A stretch of DNA of 64,000 bases from Vulcanimicrobiota bacterium (GCA_963812135.1 CAWETU010000001.1:2208001-2272000), one strand, 5' to 3'; positions 22,212 through 34,216 are shown, counted from the stretch's first letter. Made by a program: numbers and translations. Notes: a model not told the origin generated them from the sequence alone.

Positions 22212-22664
22212 CTATGCAGTACCCTCCACCGTCTTCTTCAGACCATCTAGGACCATTGACCAGTTCTTCTCGAGCTCTTTCTTCGAATCGGCATCGACAT
22301 CGCCAGCGCCCTGCCGATTGTCCTGGGTAAGCGTCACATTCGTCTGATCACCGGAACCGGTCAGCTCGAATGTGACAACATGATAATTTTCGGGAGTGTC
22401 CGCCATTCCTGAAAGCGCACTCCAATGGGTAAAGCTCAGGCGCTTGCAGGGCTCGACAGAGACGATCTCTCCCTTGTCCTCGTACTTCTTGCCTTTATAC
22501 TCCCCGCGGAAATAGATAGGACTTTCGACGTTCCAATCCGTGTCGACGTCACTGCCAAAGAAATACTTCTTAAGCATCTCGGGCGTCGTAAGGGCAGTCC
22601 ATACCTTTTCGGGTGAGGCGTTCACTAGGGTCGAGACTTGAGCCGCTTGCGTAGTTGTCGTCAT
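22212..22664 (-). CDS. SRPBCC/Aha1-like protein
   Basis: ASPEKVWTALTTPE..YFFG..NWSMVLDGLKKTVE. Confidence 0.85.
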   Translation of the reverse strand: MTTTTQAAQVSTLVNASPEKVWTALTTPEMLKKYFFGSDVDTDWNVESPIYFRGEYKGKKYEDKGEIVSVEPCKRLSFTHWSALSGMADTPENYHVVTFELTGSGDQTNVTLTQDNRQGAGDVDADSKKELEKNWSMVLDGLKKTVEGTA

Positions 22665-22731
22665 TGCAAAACCTCCACCCTTGTTTTACCCAAGAACAAT
22701 GAGGGTACGCTATCGGTAACCGAGGATAGGG

Positions 22732-24109
22732 TTACTTGAGCGGGGCGGGGGTCGCGAGGTAGTCATCGGGGCATGACCCGATCACGTATTTGTGCGACGG
22801 GTCCGCCGTGACGCCGACGCAGATCTTGTAGCCGGCGAAGTTCACCGCGCGCAGGATCACGTAGATCGTGCCGTCATCCTTCTTATACTTGGTGCCGTTG
22901 CGCAGCACGTATTCGGTGTCTTTGGGCAGCGTGCGCTCGTCGTGCACCAACATCGCGGTGAGCTGCGCGACCGCGCGATAGAACGAATCGTTGTCGGTCC
23001 GATAGTGGAAGCCGATCACAGGCCCTTGATCGAGGCCCTCGTTCAGCTTCGCGTTGAGCCGGTCGATCGACGAGTTGCTCGTCGGCGATGGTTTGGGGCG
23101 CGGTGTCGGCGTCGGCGTCGGCTGGGGTGTCGGGCGCGGCGTGGGCAATGGGAGCGGCAAAGGAATGCCGTGCGTGCCGCCCGGCGGGCCCGGGGTTGAG
23201 CCCGTGCCTTTTGGTCCGCCCTTGGCGACCTGCGGTCCAGGTGATGCGGTCGAAGGCGCGGCGCTTGCCTTCGCTGGCGCGCTCGTCGGTGCGCTAGTGG
23301 GGGCGCTTGTCGGCGCAGAGGTCGGCGCTCGCGTTGGCGCATTCGTCGGCGCGTTGGTGGGCGCGCTCGTCGGCGCGCTCGTCGGTTTTGCTGTCGGCGC
23401 ATTCGTCGGCGCGGTGGTCGGTGCAGTGGTCGGCTTCGCGGTGGGCGGCGAAGTCGGCGCGTTCGTGGGTTTCGCGGTGGGTGCAACGACCGGCGCAATC
23501 GTCGGCCTGGCCGTCGGTCGTACCGTCGGCGGTGCGGTGGGTGCGATCGTCGGCGGCGCAGTCGGCACTTGCGTGGGTTTCGGCGTCGGCGGCAATGTCG
23601 GCGCGCGTCGTCGGTTTGGGCGTCGGTTGCGGCGTGGGCTTCGGCGTCGGCGGCTGCGTGGGTTGTGGCGTCGTCACGGCGACTTGCGTCGGCGACGGTT
23701 CAGGTGATGGCGACGGCGATGCCTTCGGTTGAATCGTGGGTCGCGGATTCGGTTTGGGATGCGCGGTCGGTTTCGGCTGCGGCGTCGCGCCGTGTTTGGC
23801 AGCGAGCTCGACGGGCACCGGCACGCTTACGACGCGGTGCACGGTGACCGGCCTCGGCGTGGGCCGAGGTTTGGGCGGTTGGGCCGGCGGTTGCGGCTGG
23901 CGGATGAGGGTTTGGACGACGACGTTCTGGCTGCTCTGGGTTGTCTCAGAGCGCGATCCGGATTCGATGTACGTCGCGGCGACGAACAGCAATAAGAGAA
24001 TGAAGAGCGCATGGACGATGACCGACGAGCCGAATCCAAAGGGCATATTCCAACGGTTTTCCCGTCGGGTACGCTCGACCGGAGTTAATGGACTCGGTGG
24101 CGGCAGCAT
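22732..24109 (-). CDS. Membrane-anchored Pro/Thr-rich protein (TonB-like architecture; frameshift ~23600)
   Basis: SSVIVHALFILLL TM with SxxxH, long PT(S/N/A)A tandem repeats, small C-terminal domain with two Cys. Confidence 0.65.
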
Positions 24110-24187
24110 GCGGTCCCCCAAAGACTACGTTGCCGTGCGGCTCGATGTCGACTGCCTAGGACCCGCGCGGAAGGATTCCCTTTCGCG

Positions 24188-24652
24188 TCAGGTCTTAAGG
24201 TAGTTTTTGCCCGCGCTATCGACGAGCTCGCCGGCGGTGGTCCAGACCTCGCCGCCACGCAGGTTACCGTCCTGCACCATCACTCTGACTTGGACGTCTT
24301 CACGTCCACCATAACTGAAAGACTTGACTTCTTCCACCACACCGCGCGTGCCGTTCGGGATGACGAGCGCGTGCTCGCCGATCGCTGTAACCGCCGCTTG
24401 GCTATTCGTGTAGATCTGCGGATTGCGCGCTGCTTCGATCGTGAATCGCAGATACGTCTGCAACCAATACTCGTTGTAGAATCCCCAGCCGAAAGTTTCG
24501 CCGCCGACCGAACCGTCGAAGCGCACGGAATCGCCTTTGCTCGGCGAGCGGCCGTATGGGCTCGCGGCCGACGCGGCGAGCGGCGCCATGGCGAACAGCG
24601 CGAACAGCGCGCACACCGCGACGACGGTGGCAAATCTCTTGAATCGCGTCAC
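24188..24652 (-). CDS. Secreted hypothetical protein
   Basis: Signal peptide ending ASA; GTGA coupling to upstream gene. Confidence 0.65.
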   Translation of the reverse strand: MTRFKRFATVVAVCALFALFAMAPLAASAASPYGRSPSKGDSVRFDGSVGGETFGWGFYNEYWLQTYLRFTIEAARNPQIYTNSQAAVTAIGEHALVIPNGTRGVVEEVKSFSYGGREDVQVRVMVQDGNLRGGEVWTTAGELVDSAGKNYLKT

Positions 24653-25317
24653 GGGCTATCGACGACCGGTTCGACCGTCGCGTAAGGATTGGGTTCGGGC
24701 GTCGGCGTGCCCGGAGTCGGGGTCGTCGGCTCTTCGGTCGGTTGCGCTGGTGCGACCGGACGCGGCTGCGCTCCACTCGAGCTGCCGACCATGCCGCACA
24801 ACGTCGTCAACGACTGACGCGCTTCGGGCAGCGACGGCTGCGTCATCAGACGCGTGTAGACGGCGAACCATGCGTATCCGTTGAGGAGCGTCGACATCTG
24901 TTCGTACAGGACCTGATGCCCGTGGATGACGCTGGAGTACGAGAAGTAGTGCGCGGGCCGTCCACCGCACGTCGTCGTGTTCTCGTCGGCGCCGAGCTGG
25001 AAGCCCGGCAGGCCTCTGGCGAGCATCGCGATCGCGTGTTGCGCGTAGGCCGATGAGGAAAGCTGCGTGGCTTCACGGCCGACGACGATGTTCTGGCGGA
25101 AGTCGGTGTCGCCGGGGTGCACCCATACGCCGAGCATGCCGCGCGGCGGCTGCGTGGACTGCCATCCGGCCGGGGGCAGGAAAGGCAGGCTATCGCCGAA
25201 GACCCGCGTTGCGATGCCCGCTATGCCGACGATCGCAAAGCAAAGCGCGCACGCCGTCGCAAGACGGCGGCGCGCAATGAGGCTCAACTCCCGAACGTGA
25301 ATGCCCCTCGTGCGCAT
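24649..25317 (-). CDS. DcrB/PsbP-like exported protein (start uncertain)
   Basis: FLPPAGW..FRQNIVV..TTCGGRPA..LTTLCG pattern, Pro-rich tail. Confidence 0.55.
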   Translation of the reverse strand: MRTRGIHVRELSLIARRRLATACALCFAIVGIAGIATRVFGDSLPFLPPAGWQSTQPPRGMLGVWVHPGDTDFRQNIVVGREATQLSSSAYAQHAIAMLARGLPGFQLGADENTTTCGGRPAHYFSYSSVIHGHQVLYEQMSTLLNGYAWFAVYTRLMTQPSLPEARQSLTTLCGMVGSSSGAQPRPVAPAQPTEEPTTPTPGTPTPEPNPYATVEPVVDSP

Positions 25318-27410
25318 GGATAGTATATCGGTTTTTCGGGGCTCGAAGCTTACGTGGGCCGTGCTGGCGGGCGCCCTGCTGTTCGGCGCTTTGGGGATCG
25401 CGCCCGCGAACGCGGCAGGGCCGCCGCCACCCGACGTCGCGATCAAATTGCGTGATGGCCACTACTTGCATCTCGCGCCCTTGCCGTTCGGGGGCCTCGC
25501 AGCGGTGCCCGTCGGCGCCGCGCGCTTTGACGCGAGCGGCACGCGCGCGGTGCTGCTCGCGACGTTTCCTGGCGGCGCGATCCGCGGCGAGTGGCGCGGC
25601 GCAAGTCCCACGTTCGCGTATCTCGTCGATGCCGGACGGGGCACGCTGACGCAGTTGTCGACCGATGGCCACGCGGTGTCGGTGGCGTGGAGCGGCGCGA
25701 ATGCGGTCACGATTCTCGAAGCCGCGCATCAACCGTTCGAGCTGGCGGTGGCGGGCGCCGGCGGCGGGGCGCTGCCCGTTGCGCGTTTTCGCCCCGGCTC
25801 CGATGTGCCCGACGGCAGCGCGTATGTGTCGCCGAAGACGACCGATCGATTCGCGGTCTTTCGGGCAGGCGATGGACGCTATGTCGTGCAGCAAATCGGC
25901 GCGCGCCGATTTCGGATCGGCGGCGTGGCGAGCAACGGCGCGTATGCGGTCATCGGCTCGTACCTCGCGTGGATCGACGGACAGCGGCACATCGCTCATC
26001 AAGTCGCGCGCTTCGGGCCCGATCTCGTGGAGCCGCTTTCTTTCGCAGGATCGCCGTACGGCGACGCGCTCGTCCCTATCCTGCCGTTGGGCAATCCCGT
26101 GTATCAGGCGGCATATCGCAACGGCGTCGCCTATTTTTCATTCTCTTACGGCGTGCAGCGCATCGTCGCCGCGACGAACGACTTGGTGAATTTCTGGTTT
26201 CCGACGCTGCCGCACGATCCGTTGTTCACCGTGGGCGACGGTTTGGGCGCGAGTCCCGACGGCGCGCTGTACTTCATCCGGCCCGAAGAGGATACGATGC
26301 TCTTCACGCGCGGCGGGCGGTACGTGCGCGTGAACATATCCGGCTTGGATGCGGCGCGCGACGAGCATGCATTGCACGCAGCGCTGCACTACATCGATCC
26401 GACCGAGGACGCACTGCACGCGGCGCTGCTCGAGTGGCGCTTCTATCCCGTCGGCGATGCGGCCGGCCAGCGGTGGGTAGCGTCGCGACTCGGGCATCTT
26501 GTTGATCGGCGATCGTGCCGGCCATTTCACCTTGGTGAACCCGCCGCGATTTCCGTTCGCCGTGTTGGGTCGCACGGATGATGGCCGGTTGTGGGGCGCG
26601 TCGCCGTTAGCGCAACTGCCGCCGGCGGGCTCGAATGACTTGATGAGCGCGCTATGGTCATCGCGCGACGGCGTGACGTGGCAGCGCGTCGGTATTTTCC
26701 ACGGCGATATCGGGGCGATCGGTTCGCACGCCGGACAGATCTGGATCGCGGTGACGCAGAGTTGGCACGGACATCCGATGATCTTTGTGGCGCGCATCGA
26801 CAGCGCCGATCCGCAATGGAAGGCGCTGTTGCCGACCGGCGGCACGTATGGCGGCGAGCAGTTGTCGTTCGCCGATCTCGCCGGCGGCTTCTATCTTCTT
26901 TGGGGAGCGACGCCCGGCCGGCGTCTGGCCGGCGAAGGCGGACCGCTCTCGGCCTTTCGGATCGATGCGTCAAAGCTCGCGGCGGTCGACACGTCCGGCG
27001 AAAATATCTACACGACGCAACGCCTGGAACCCGATACCGATCCGTCGATGCCTGCGCTGGGCGATCAGGTCGCCGGCGCGACCGATATCCTTGCGCCGGC
27101 GCTTGCGCGCGCACGTGCGCCTGAGGGTCGCTTGCGCTTCACGATCGTGACGAACATTGCGGTCGATCCCGCGGACAGCCGCGGCATAACGATCATGAGT
27201 CCGGATCAGGAACGCGCTTTTGAGCTCAAGTACGCCGGCAAATCGTATCCGGTCGAAACGGTCATAGTTGGCCTGCTCGGCGATGAAGCACTTGCCTCAC
27301 GTTTGATCGAGTTCGCGCCGTTGCACGCCACTGGGCAGTCTGAGCGCTGGATCAAGACGCCGGCCGGCGGGTGGCGTCTTGCCGGCGTCTTGTCTTCTTT
27401 CAACTACTAG
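25301..27410 (+). CDS. Large secreted beta-rich hypothetical protein (frameshift ~26500)
   Basis: Signal peptide; ORFs 25301..26581 and 26499..27410 join; Asp-box-like SRDGVTW. Confidence 0.6.
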
Positions 27411-27414
27411 CTTC

Positions 27415-27801
27415 TTACTGAGAAGCGCTGTCCGAGACGACGATCGTGCCGGTCATGTTCGGATGGTACGAGCATACGTACGAGTACGTCCCCGCTTTGG
27501 TGAACGTGAACGAGTACGTCATGCCCTTATCGAGATTGTGAGAATCGAACGCGCCGCCTGAATCGGTGGCGGTGTGCGAGATCCCATCGTCGTTACGCCA
27601 CTGCACGGTCGTGCCCGGCTTGATGGTGAGGCTTTGCGGTTTGAACGCGAAATCGTTGATGACGACAAGCACGGGTGCGCTGGTCGCACCGGCCATGGGG
27701 CTCGACGTGTCGGCGGACGCGCCGTTCATCGCGGCGAGCAGTATGATGGCGGTCGTGCCGGCGAGCGCGGCGAGCAGTCGGGCTGCGTGGCGAGCGATCA
27801 T
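27415..27801 (-). CDS. Cupredoxin (amicyanin/plastocyanin-like blue copper protein)
   Basis: Signal peptide; WRNDDGISHT and YVCSYHPNMTG (His-Cys-His-Met type-1 Cu ligands). Confidence 0.9.
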   Translation of the reverse strand: MIARHAARLLAALAGTTAIILLAAMNGASADTSSPMAGATSAPVLVVINDFAFKPQSLTIKPGTTVQWRNDDGISHTATDSGGAFDSHNLDKGMTYSFTFTKAGTYSYVCSYHPNMTGTIVVSDSASQ

Positions 27802-27887
27802 TCAATCCTCCTTGATTGCATTGTTCCAGTCACATAACGTTCATGCTGCGCGCGGCGTCGCGGTTCCTTAAGGTACGCGCCTTTCTT

Positions 27888-29087
27888 TCAGGCGCTTTTC
27901 ATCCGGCGCGAGCGGACAAGCGGTACGAGCAGCACGAGGCCGAGCGCGCAAAGAGTGCCAGCGGAGCCGAACGCGACAACCGGTCCCGCGGCCTGCCACA
28001 GCAACCCAACGGTCGCGCTCGAAAAGAAATCGCCGATCCCGTTGATCGCGGCTAATACGCCAAAGCCGGTGCCACGGCGTTGCGCGGGCAGCAGCTCGGT
28101 GGCAAACGTGCCTTCCATCGGCTCGAGGATCGCGAATCCGGTGGCCGCGAGCACAAACGTGATGATGACGACCGGAATCGACATCGACCCAAAGGCGAGC
28201 AGCACGCCCACGCTTGTGAACAACGCGAACGCCGCGAGCAACATCCGTCCGGTGCCGATGCGCTCGCTGAGCACGCTCGCCGGAAATGCGAGCGATGCGT
28301 ACAGCACGTTGTGGCCGAGGTAGAGCGCCGTCGCGAACACGATCGCCTGCGCCGGCGTGACATACGGTGCGAACGCTCGCATGGCGACGAGCACGAGCAA
28401 CGTCGCGGAGAAATTCCCCAGCCCGAAGACACCCGCGCTGAGCAGGTAGCGCTTGAAATCGCCAGGCAGGTTCGCGAGCGCGATGGGCAAGCGTTCGCGC
28501 GGTGGGGTCGTGCGCGGCCTTTCCTTGACAAAGATGTACATCGCGCCGGCGAGGATGCCGGGGATGAGGCCGAACAGGATGGCCTGCCGCAGCGGCACGT
28601 GCATGGCGATGAACGTGATCGCCAGCGCCGGACCGATGACGGCGCCGACGGTGTCGAGCGCGCGCTGGAAGCCGAACGCGCGGTTCACGTACTTCGGATC
28701 GGTGTCGTCCACTAGCAGCGTGTCGCGGATGGGGCTGCGGAACCCGCGGCAGATCCAAGCAAGCGAGCGTAACGCGATCACCATGGGAATTGACGTCGCG
28801 AACGCGATCGCAGGCATGAATAGTCCGACGCCGAGGTAGCCGGTGGCGGTCCATGCGCGTCGGCGCCGCGTGTGATCTGCGAGCTGACCACCCCACAGCT
28901 TGAACGCCGCTGCAAGCGCGTCAGCGAGTCCCTCGACCAGCCCGAGCGCGGCGGCACCACCGCCGAGGGTTGCCAGAAACGCGGGCAAGAGAGGGATGAT
29001 CAGCTCGTAACACGCGTCGGAAAAAAGACTCGCAACGCCGATGGCCAAGACCGACGTCGTCAGCCAGGTACGTGTTGCGGGCTTCAT
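27888..29087 (-). CDS. MFS transporter
   Basis: About 12 TM; SLFSDACYE, GFRSPIRD, AFGFQRALDTVGA. Confidence 0.9.
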   Translation of the reverse strand: MKPATRTWLTTSVLAIGVASLFSDACYELIIPLLPAFLATLGGGAAALGLVEGLADALAAAFKLWGGQLADHTRRRRAWTATGYLGVGLFMPAIAFATSIPMVIALRSLAWICRGFRSPIRDTLLVDDTDPKYVNRAFGFQRALDTVGAVIGPALAITFIAMHVPLRQAILFGLIPGILAGAMYIFVKERPRTTPPRERLPIALANLPGDFKRYLLSAGVFGLGNFSATLLVLVAMRAFAPYVTPAQAIVFATALYLGHNVLYASLAFPASVLSERIGTGRMLLAAFALFTSVGVLLAFGSMSIPVVIITFVLAATGFAILEPMEGTFATELLPAQRRGTGFGVLAAINGIGDFFSSATVGLLWQAAGPVVAFGSAGTLCALGLVLLVPLVRSRRMKSA

Positions 29088-29157
29088 CGGGTCCGCATAT
29101 CATCCGTCCGCCGCGAACTCCTTTGCACACGTGATCTTTCTTCAAGGAGCCCACGCA

Positions 29158-29673
29158 ATGTCTAGGCGCAACCTGCCCATCGCCTTCGCGGTTCTTACCG
29201 CCTTGCTTCCGCTGGCGGCGTTCGCGTATACGCCCCCGTCCTTCACGCCGTTGACGCTCAAGAAACCCGATCTCACCCTCGGCGGCATCAAGACCACAGC
29301 CATGCTGCCATGCTCGCAAGGAGTGCCGAGGTTGCGCTTCATCGTCACCGTTCAGAACGTCGGAAGGGCTGACTACAGTCCCGCCCCGGCAAATCAAGCG
29401 CTCGCCGTCAAAGGGCCTTCGCACCTTGTCGTGGCGGATCTGCCGTTCATCGCGGCGGGCGGATCGTCGCAAGTAGAGCTCGACTACGCGCCGCAACCCT
29501 TGGAGAACGCGGCGTATCCGGATACGACGTTCAAATTCTCGGTGAACTCGAGCGGTCGCATCATCGAGTCGAATTACGACAACAACGTCAAGACGATCCA
29601 CGTGATGGTCAAGCCGGTCTGCCCGTCGCCGTCTGCTCCGGCGATGTCGCCGCCTGCGTCGCCTGGGCATTAG
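29158..29673 (+). CDS. Secreted CARDB-like domain protein
   Basis: AGGAG RBS; KPDL..VTVQNVG..IIESNYDNN. Confidence 0.65.
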   Translation: MSRRNLPIAFAVLTALLPLAAFAYTPPSFTPLTLKKPDLTLGGIKTTAMLPCSQGVPRLRFIVTVQNVGRADYSPAPANQALAVKGPSHLVVADLPFIAAGGSSQVELDYAPQPLENAAYPDTTFKFSVNSSGRIIESNYDNNVKTIHVMVKPVCPSPSAPAMSPPASPGH

Positions 29674-29676
29674 GAA

Positions 29677-29700
29677 CGGTCGAGTAAACTCGACCGCTAC
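29677..29700 (-). repeat. GTAG-type REP copy 3
   Basis: CGGTCGAGTAAACTCGACCGCTAC. Confidence 0.85.
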
Positions 29701-29722
29701 GTTTCTGGTTGCGGTATGGTGC

Positions 29723-31280
29723 TTGCTCGGTGGATGCGGGCGCGCGGGGCCGCCGCCGACGGTCGATCACAGCGTCATCTCGTTCAACGTCTCAGAAGAT
29801 CCGCATTCGCTTAACCCGATCCTGGCACGCAGCGACGACGAGCGTCAGCTCGCGCACCTGACCTTCGACATGTTGCTCGACGTCGACGCGCACGGACAGC
29901 CGGTGCCTGCGCTCGCGACTGTCGTGCCGACGCTGTCGAACGGCGGCGTGAGCGCGGACGGCCGGCGCATCACCTATCACCTGCGGCGCGGCGTGCGCTG
30001 GCAGGATGGGGCGCCGTTCACGTCACGCGACGTGCGCTTCACGTGGCGAGCGGTGATGGATCCGCGTAATGCGGTGGCAAGCACCCGCGGCTATGATCTG
30101 ATCGAGGCCATCGATACCCCCGATCCGCTCACCGCCGTCGTACATCTCAAGCGGCCGTGGGCGCCTGCAGTTGAGACTCTCTTCACGTATGGCGCGCATC
30201 CGATTCCGATTTTGCCGGCACATCTGCTGGAGAACGCGGATCGAACGGGGTGGGCTGCGTTCGATCGCGCGCCGGTCGGCACGGGCCCGTTCGTGCCGGT
30301 GAGCTGGGAGCGCTCGACGAGGATCATCTACCGAGCCAACCCTCACTACTATTTGGGCGCGCCTCGCGTCGAACCAGATCGCCGCGATGGTAATCCCGGA
30401 TTTCAACACCGATCTGACGATGTTGCGCGCAGGGCAGCTCGATTGGTCGCTGCTCTCTCCGGCGCAGCGCCTGGCGTTGGGGACGGAGCCGTCACTGCGC
30501 ATCGTGTACGCGCCGTTCGCGGGTTTTGGCGCGCTCTCGTTCAACCTGCGGCGCCCGCCGTTCGACGACGTCCGCATGCGCCGCGCCATCGCGCAAAGCA
30601 TCGATCGACGGCGCTTGAGCGACGCGATCACGCGCGGCCAGTACCCAGTCACCGATAGCGATCAGCCACCGTTCTCGTGGGCCTACGATCCAACAGCTCG
30701 ATTGCCGGCGTACGATCCGACGGCTGCGGACCACGCGCTGGATATGTTGGGTTGGAAGCGGCAGGCCGACGGCATGCGCGCGAAGGACGGGCGGCGACTC
30801 GAAATCGCGTTCGCCGTTTTCCCGGAAGGGGATACAGCGGTGCGCACGGCCGTGTACGTCCAGCAAATGCTGGCGGCGCGCGGCATCGACGTCACGATCA
30901 AAAAAGTGACGTTGGCGCAATTTTACTTGCCGGCGGCGCTCGGCGGCCTGTTGATGAGCGGCAAGTATGACGTCGCGTATTTCGCATGGCGCACCGGCGA
31001 GGACCCGGACGATTCGGATCTAGTCACCTGTTCGGGCGCTTCGAACTACGCGGGATATTGCGAGGCCGCGCTTGACGCGCTCGAGCTTCAGGCGCTTTCG
31101 ACACCCGACCAATCGCGACGCCGGACTTTGTATTCGGAAATCCAAGGGACGCTCGCGCGAGACGTCCCCTATCTTTATCTGTACGCGCCGACGTACGGTT
31201 ACGCCGTCAAGAATCAGCTGCGCGGCTTCGAGCCGACGCCGTTCTCACCCACATCGAATTCGTGGCGCTGGCAGCGATAG
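29723..31280 (+). CDS. Peptide ABC transporter substrate-binding lipoprotein (family 5; frameshift ~30375; true start probably upstream)
   Basis: LGGC lipobox, DPHSLNP, LRRGVRWQDGAPFTSRDV, PVGTGPF, DVRMRRAIA. Confidence 0.85.
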
Positions 31281-31342
31281 GTAAGGGCTTCATCAACCTC
31301 TAGACGCTGTCGCGCCTGGCGTGATATGCTCGGCATGACGAC

Positions 31343-31879
31343 ATGCACGAGATCATCTTACCCGACGCGAAGCCGGCGCTGGAATGGGTCAACAATCGGG
31401 TCGTTCAGAAAGTGAGCGCAGGGCGCAGACATGCGCTCGCGCAGGCAGCGTTTGCGAGCGCGCTCGGCTTGTGGACGCACGAACGCGGCAATGGAATGGC
31501 CGGCATCGAGTGGGCGTTCCAGGTGCGGCCGCCGGGAGAAATTGGGCGAACCCTTGTGCCCGACGTCGCGTTTCTTTCTTACGAGCGAATGCCGTTCGAG
31601 GAGCAGGAAGCCTTGGAGACCGTTCGGATCGCGCCCGACGTGGTCGTCGAAGTGCGTTCGCCCGGTGACCGGCAGCGAGACATCGACGAAAAGATTCGAG
31701 TCTACTTGGCTGCCGGAACGATGGTGGTGTTCCTGGTCGATCCCGAAACGAAGACGGTCACCGTCCGAGATGTGCGAGAGACGCGAACGATCGGTATTGA
31801 CGACACGCTGGAATATCCGGCTTTGGTAGGGTTCTCACTACCAGTCCGGGCGCTTTTTGATCTTCCACGCCCGAAGTAA
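31343..31879 (+). CDS. Uma2 family endonuclease
   Basis: LVPDVAF..APDVVVEVRSP..KIRVYLAAG..LVDP. Confidence 0.88.
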   Translation: MHEIILPDAKPALEWVNNRVVQKVSAGRRHALAQAAFASALGLWTHERGNGMAGIEWAFQVRPPGEIGRTLVPDVAFLSYERMPFEEQEALETVRIAPDVVVEVRSPGDRQRDIDEKIRVYLAAGTMVVFLVDPETKTVTVRDVRETRTIGIDDTLEYPALVGFSLPVRALFDLPRPK

Positions 31880-31895
31880 CCGCGATCGAGCGGAG

Positions 31896-32918
31896 CTACG
31901 GAGCGAGCACTACCTTTCCGACGTTCTTGCCTTCTTGCAATCGTCGAAACGCGTCGGGTGCTTTTGCGAACGGCACGACTTGATCGATGATCGGCTTAAT
32001 GGCGCCGCCGTCGTATAGCTTGATCACCGCTTGCAGCTCGCCCAGCATAAGCCCGGGATCTTTCTGGAGGATGTGCAGCGTATTGACGCCGGCCACCGCG
32101 CGGTTCTGCGACATCATCTTCATCACGTCGAACTTGGGCACGGAGCGCAACTGCATGAGCACGCGCAACATATTACGCTTTGGTCCACTGACCAGATTTG
32201 CGAAACCGAACGCGATCAACCGGCCGGCCGGCTTGAGCAGGCCGTAGTCTTTGCTCAGCGTGTCGCCGCCAAGCGCGTTGAGCGAGATGTCCACACCCGC
32301 GCCCTTCGACAGCTGCTTCACTTCGGCGACGTAGTCTTTGGTCCGATAGTCGATGGGGTACGTGCAGCCATTCGCGCGGATAACATCGTGCTTCGCGGCG
32401 GATGCGGTGCCAAACGTCACCACGTTTTGCACGGTCCGGCAAAGCTGCAACGCGGCGATGCCGACGCCGCCAGCCGCCATTTGGACGAGCACCGACTCGC
32501 CGGCGCGCAGCGCACCGACATGGAACAGCATGTGATAGGCGGTGAGGTAGTTGACCGGCAGCGCGGCGCCTTCTTCGAACGACATCGAGTCGGGCATCGG
32601 GAATGTCTGGCGCGCATCGACGCACACCAGCTCGCTATGCGCACCGAATTCGCAAAAGACCATCACGCGGCGGCCGATCAGATCTTGCGATGCGCCTTGG
32701 CCGACCGCGTCGATCACGCCGGCGGCTTCGTAGCCGAGCACGCATGGAGTCGGGGGCGCGTCCGGATAGAGGCCTTGGCTTGCCATCAGCTCGGCGAAGT
32801 TCACCCCGGCCGCGTGCACGCGCACGCGCACTTGGCCCGCCGCGGGCGCAGGGTCGGGCGATTCGCGCACTTGGAACGAGTCCGGTCCACCGTGGCCTGT
32901 CAACCAAACGGCTCGCAT
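31896..32918 (-). CDS. MDR-family quinone oxidoreductase (VAT-1-like)
   Basis: AAGVNFAE..GLYP..LGYEAAG, PVNYLTAY, AAGGVG, KNVGKVVL. Confidence 0.88.
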   Translation of the reverse strand: MRAVWLTGHGGPDSFQVRESPDPAPAAGQVRVRVHAAGVNFAELMASQGLYPDAPPTPCVLGYEAAGVIDAVGQGASQDLIGRRVMVFCEFGAHSELVCVDARQTFPMPDSMSFEEGAALPVNYLTAYHMLFHVGALRAGESVLVQMAAGGVGIAALQLCRTVQNVVTFGTASAAKHDVIRANGCTYPIDYRTKDYVAEVKQLSKGAGVDISLNALGGDTLSKDYGLLKPAGRLIAFGFANLVSGPKRNMLRVLMQLRSVPKFDVMKMMSQNRAVAGVNTLHILQKDPGLMLGELQAVIKLYDGGAIKPIIDQVVPFAKAPDAFRRLQEGKNVGKVVLAP

Positions 32919-32941
32919 CTCGCGCTCCTGTCTGTCCTAGA

Positions 32942-33925
32942 TCAAAGGTTGACGCTGCTCATGTCGGCGTAGCGCTGGCCTGCGAACGCGCCGGGCGGAG
33001 CGATCTCGTCGATGCGCTTGAGGTCTTCCTTTGAGAGCGTGACGTCGGCGGCGGCGCAGTTCTCTTCTACACGGCTCCTGGTCCGCGAGCCCGGAATCGC
33101 CACGATGTCTTCCCCCTGATTGAGCAACCAGGCGAGGGCGAGCTGCGCGGGGGTTAGCGATTTCTCTTCTGCGATCTCGCCGAAATGGCTCACACGATCG
33201 ACGTTGCGCTCGAAATTCTCGTCGCTGAATCGAGGATAGCCCGAGCGGCGCACGTCGTCTGGGGCGAGCAGGGCCTTGTCGACGATCGTGCCCGTGAGCA
33301 GACCCTGCGCGAGCGGGCTGTACGCCACAAAGCCGACACCGAGCTCGCGGCACGCCGGTAGGATCTGGGCTTCGACGTCGCGCGCCGCCACCGAGTATTC
33401 GGTCTGCAGCGCAGTGATCGGATGAACGGCGTGCGCGCGCCGCAACGTCGCCGGCGATGCCTCGCTCAATCCGATGTAGCGCACCTTGCCCGCCTTGACG
33501 AGCTCGGCCATGGCGCCGACCGTGTCTTCGATCGGTGTGTTGCGGTCCAGGCGATGCTGGTAGTAGAGATCGATGTGGTCGGTTCCGAGGCGCTTCAACG
33601 ACGCATCGCAGGCCTCGTGGACGTACGCGGGCTTTCCATTGAGCCCGAGCCAGCGCCCATCAGGCGCGTGCTGATGCCCGAACTTGGTAGCGATGAAGAC
33701 TTTGTCGCGCTTGCCAGCGATGGCTCTGCCGACGAGCAGTTCGTTCTTGAACGGCCCGTACGTGTCGGCGGTGTCGAGCAGCGTGCAGCCGAGTTCGATG
33801 GCGCGATGGATCGTCGCGATGGATTCGTCGTCGTTCGCAGGTCCGTAGAACGCGGACATGCCCATGCAGCCGAGCCCCAACGCGGACACCAGCGGTCCGT
33901 TCTTTCCGAGCCGACGCTGTTGCAC
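32942..33925 (-). CDS. Aldo/keto reductase
   Basis: [34 protein letters not shown]. Confidence 0.93.
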   Translation of the reverse strand: MQQRRLGKNGPLVSALGLGCMGMSAFYGPANDDESIATIHRAIELGCTLLDTADTYGPFKNELLVGRAIAGKRDKVFIATKFGHQHAPDGRWLGLNGKPAYVHEACDASLKRLGTDHIDLYYQHRLDRNTPIEDTVGAMAELVKAGKVRYIGLSEASPATLRRAHAVHPITALQTEYSVAARDVEAQILPACRELGVGFVAYSPLAQGLLTGTIVDKALLAPDDVRRSGYPRFSDENFERNVDRVSHFGEIAEEKSLTPAQLALAWLLNQGEDIVAIPGSRTRSRVEENCAAADVTLSKEDLKRIDEIAPPGAFAGQRYADMSSVNL

Positions 33926-33940
33926 TCGATCGAACCTTTC

Positions 33941-34216
33941 TTAGCCTGTGAGCCGCCAGGTCTCCGCGGCGGGATCGGCGCTGAGCAGACCGATGTCGGT
34001 CAGGATATCGAACAGCTCGCGCGTACGCTTGCGATCGTGTTTATTCGGCATGCCCTGCCACAGCATCGCGACCTGCGCGACGGTGATCGGCGCGCCCGCT
34101 ACGAGCACATGCTTGACGATGAACGCCGGCGTGAAGCCGAGCTTCTCGATGCGCGCCAGCATCTCATCGCCTTGGCCGCTCGATTTCACGCGTTCGAGCA
34201 GTTCTTGTTCAGTCAT
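33941..34216 (-). CDS. Small hypothetical protein
   Basis: 91-aa ORF in tandem with the AKR gene. Confidence 0.6.
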   Translation of the reverse strand: MTEQELLERVKSSGQGDEMLARIEKLGFTPAFIVKHVLVAGAPITVAQVAMLWQGMPNKHDRKRTRELFDILTDIGLLSADPAAETWRLTG

